A program made the position numbers and the translations under genes. A model generated the notes under the pieces. The model did no database searches and was not told where the DNA came from. It worked only from the letters and a program-made list of their open reading frames with translations. Shown here piece after piece: positions 62,175-64,000 of a stretch of 64,000 bases of DNA. Source of the DNA: Escherichia virus TH22; sequence record MT446396.1. One strand, written 5' to 3'. The number at the start of each line of letters is the position of its first letter. Within the stretch, counting starts at the first letter, position 1.

Positions 62175-62226
62175 GGGGGTATACAAGCCCCCTGCTTTAA
62201 GGCATAATGATTCCATACTGAGTTAC
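62175..62226 (+). promoter_or_regulatory. terminator-like hairpin (GGGGGU...AGCCCCC) overlapping an early promoter GTATAC-18 nt-CATAAT plus conserved leader
   Basis: The -35 hexamer lies in the hairpin loop; leader GATTCCATACTGAGTTAC at 62209-62226. Confidence 0.5.
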
Positions 62227-62249
62227 ACAATAAAACACTGGAGAATAAA

Positions 62250-62555
62250 ATGAAATTCATCATCAACCTGGCGCTTGTTGACTTTGATAAAACTGGTAAT
62301 TTCGCATCTGCTGAAAATATGATTCGTAACACCAAGTTTAAAGTGCAAGTTCAACAGGCGGTAGCAAAAGAGTTCTTTACTGATAAATTAACTAACGTTG
62401 TTAATCACCTGAATGTGCAAGTTAAATTTACTCGTGAAGCAGAAACTACTGTTGCATTTGATTTTGACTGCCAATACCATGATGAATATGTTCGCCGTAT
62501 CCTGGATATTGTGTCTGATGAACTTTACTATGGTGTGCAGGAAAATAAAATCTAA
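62250..62555 (+). CDS. hypothetical early protein (101 aa)
   Basis: CTGGAG Shine-Dalgarno and ATG. Confidence 0.45.
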   Translation: MKFIINLALVDFDKTGNFASAENMIRNTKFKVQVQQAVAKEFFTDKLTNVVNHLNVQVKFTREAETTVAFDFDCQYHDEYVRRILDIVSDELYYGVQENKI

Positions 62556-62559
62556 ATCA

Positions 62560-62595
62560 GTGTACACTTTAATGGGAACATGATAGTATGTTCCC
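62560..62595 (+). promoter_or_regulatory. early promoter (GTGTAC-18 nt-TAGTAT) with -10 bracketed by inverted repeat GGGAACA...TGTTCCC
   Basis: Read directly; a different inverted-repeat sequence but the same stem-loop architecture. Confidence 0.5.
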
Positions 62596-62631
62596 TGGAT
62601 AATAAAACATTAACCAACTGAAGGAAATACC

Positions 62632-63225
62632 ATGAATACTTTAAAGAAACTTGTTGAATTCATCCGCTCCAAACTGGGTACTGCAATGGCAAAAAACCTG
62701 TCTATTGAAGACCAATATACTCAAGCGGCGTCTACCCTGATTGACAAGATTACTGAGCTCCAGACTGCACACGTTAAGTCTGTTAATGAAGAAAAACGCA
62801 TCCGCGAATTAGCAAATGAAAAAGACCAACTCGCCGCTTCAAAAGAGCGGGAAATCCGCAAACTGATTGCTGATGGTGCTGATGTCCAGGTCCATGCTAA
62901 ACTGGGCCTCCTGTATCGTCGCACTGCTAAACAACTTCGTAAGAAGGCAGATGATTATGTTGAAATGCGTAATGAAATTAAATTGAAAGTTAAAGAGCTG
63001 GATGATTCTCGTCAGGAACTAGCTGTTAAACTGGAATACATCCGCGAAACCCGTAAGGTATCTGCCCTGGGTATTGCGACTGCAGATGATGTTGTTGAAA
63101 TCGCTGCATTGACTAAGATTGATATTGAAGACACCCTGATGCGTGTTGAAACCTTCAAAGGTCCACAGGTTGGTGTGGATACCACGTCAGCTGACATTGA
63201 AGAATACATCAATTCACTTAAGTAA
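62632..63225 (+). CDS. hypothetical coiled-coil protein (197 aa)
   Basis: AAGGAAA Shine-Dalgarno; heptad-like charged helical sequence; family assignment not possible by eye. Confidence 0.45.
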   Translation: MNTLKKLVEFIRSKLGTAMAKNLSIEDQYTQAASTLIDKITELQTAHVKSVNEEKRIRELANEKDQLAASKEREIRKLIADGADVQVHAKLGLLYRRTAKQLRKKADDYVEMRNEIKLKVKELDDSRQELAVKLEYIRETRKVSALGIATADDVVEIAALTKIDIEDTLMRVETFKGPQVGVDTTSADIEEYINSLK

Positions 63226-63233
63226 GATAAAAG

Positions 63234-63248
63234 GGGGCTTTGCCCCCT
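63234..63248 (+). terminator. hairpin GGGGGC-UUU-GCCCCC (weak U tract)
   Basis: Perfect 6-bp stem; downstream TTAATT only. Confidence 0.4.
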
Positions 63249-63269
63249 TAATTGGGAGAGGAGAATATT

Positions 63270-63824
63270 ATGACTTCATACGATAATCTTATATCAAATG
63301 TAGACTGGTTTGGTGGTAGTGGCCTTGCTACTGAAACTAATACAGTTCTTTATAGAATCCGTGGTGACTTGGGTTATTCCAATGATTTCTTAAGAAGAAC
63401 AACAAGTCGCGGCGATACTACCAAATTGCCTTTTATTTTTGCTTTAGCTGAAGACCTTTCTTTCGCAGATGCCTTGGAAATTATTGACGTAAATCTGGGT
63501 ATTCAACGAGTGGAATTCGCTGGACTACGTTATTCAGTATATGCTTTAAACGAGAGCAATGATTGCATACTTCTTAATATGGCAGATGATGATTACCATT
63601 TAGTATGTTATGTGGCGCTAGAAAATGGTGATGTATTTGGAATGGTTGACCGACGGCCAGCTTATACTGATATTAAAAATTATGATAAAGCTGAGCTTGC
63701 TATTTTGACTAATGAGTACACATTAGAATGTCATAAACAAAAACGAAAGCTTAATCGTTTTATTACTGAATGTCGTGAATATGCTAAAGGGGTTCAAAAT
63801 GCGAACGCTATATCTGCCAAGTAA
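63270..63824 (+). CDS. hypothetical early protein (184 aa)
   Basis: ATG with GGAGAGGAG Shine-Dalgarno; the ORF-track TTG at 63252 rejected. Confidence 0.45.
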   Translation: MTSYDNLISNVDWFGGSGLATETNTVLYRIRGDLGYSNDFLRRTTSRGDTTKLPFIFALAEDLSFADALEIIDVNLGIQRVEFAGLRYSVYALNESNDCILLNMADDDYHLVCYVALENGDVFGMVDRRPAYTDIKNYDKAELAILTNEYTLECHKQKRKLNRFITECREYAKGVQNANAISAK

Positions 63825-64000
63825 ACCAGAAAAATTTGTATATGCAGACAAAATTGATAAAGACCTTATGCCTCCATTTGGGGCTCTGTCCATGTGCATC
63901 GTTGGGGTTATAATGATGGTGCTTTGTGGGGATATGGGTATCATTAGTGTTGGAGCCGCCTGGGCACTAATAATTGCAGCTCCTTTTATTACAGTCCTGG
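63799..64000 (+). CDS. partial ORF (5' end) of a small membrane protein, continuing beyond the window
   Basis: ATG at 63799 opens a frame with no stop to the window end; hydrophobic ALSMCIVGVIMMVLCG...GAAWALIIAAPFITVL. Confidence 0.35.
   Translation, partial: MRTLYLPSKPEKFVYADKIDKDLMPPFGALSMCIVGVIMMVLCGDMGIISVGAAWALIIAAPFITVL

Overview
This window is a contiguous segment of a T4-like (Tevenvirinae-type) myovirus genome, running in reverse orientation relative to the conventional T4 map. All identifications rest on reading the six-frame translations and on recall of T4 proteins and signals; no database search was run. Order across the window: small early ORFs (including a NADAR-like and a HAD-like protein), DNA ligase (30) and Alt ADP-ribosyltransferase on +; baseplate hub genes 54-48-29-28-27-51 on -; 26-25-uvsY on +; uvsW/uvsW.1 on -; inh-hoc-rnlB on +; then the late structural block on - (two tandem gene-24 paralogs, 23, 22, 21, 68, 67, 20, 19, 18, 17, 16, 15, 14, 13, wac, 12, 11, 10, 9, 8, 7, 6, 5.4, 5.1, 5, 53); then 4-2-3-1-57A-57B on + with two HNH homing-endonuclease insertions. 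Downstream lie five small paralogous genes whose N-termini carry a T4 internal-protein capsid-targeting-like sequence, a tRNA cluster (tRNA-Met CAT, tRNA-Arg TCT, plus non-canonical tRNA-like elements), and a hyperplastic early region of small ORFs each behind its own sigma70-like early promoter, several wrapped in inverted repeats. The most interesting candidates are the internal-protein-like cluster (putative injected anti-defence proteins), the NADAR/HAD/Alt neighbourhood beside the ligase, and the repeated promoter stem-loop cassettes. The ORF track uses non-ATG starts in places, so several starts were moved to an internal ATG.
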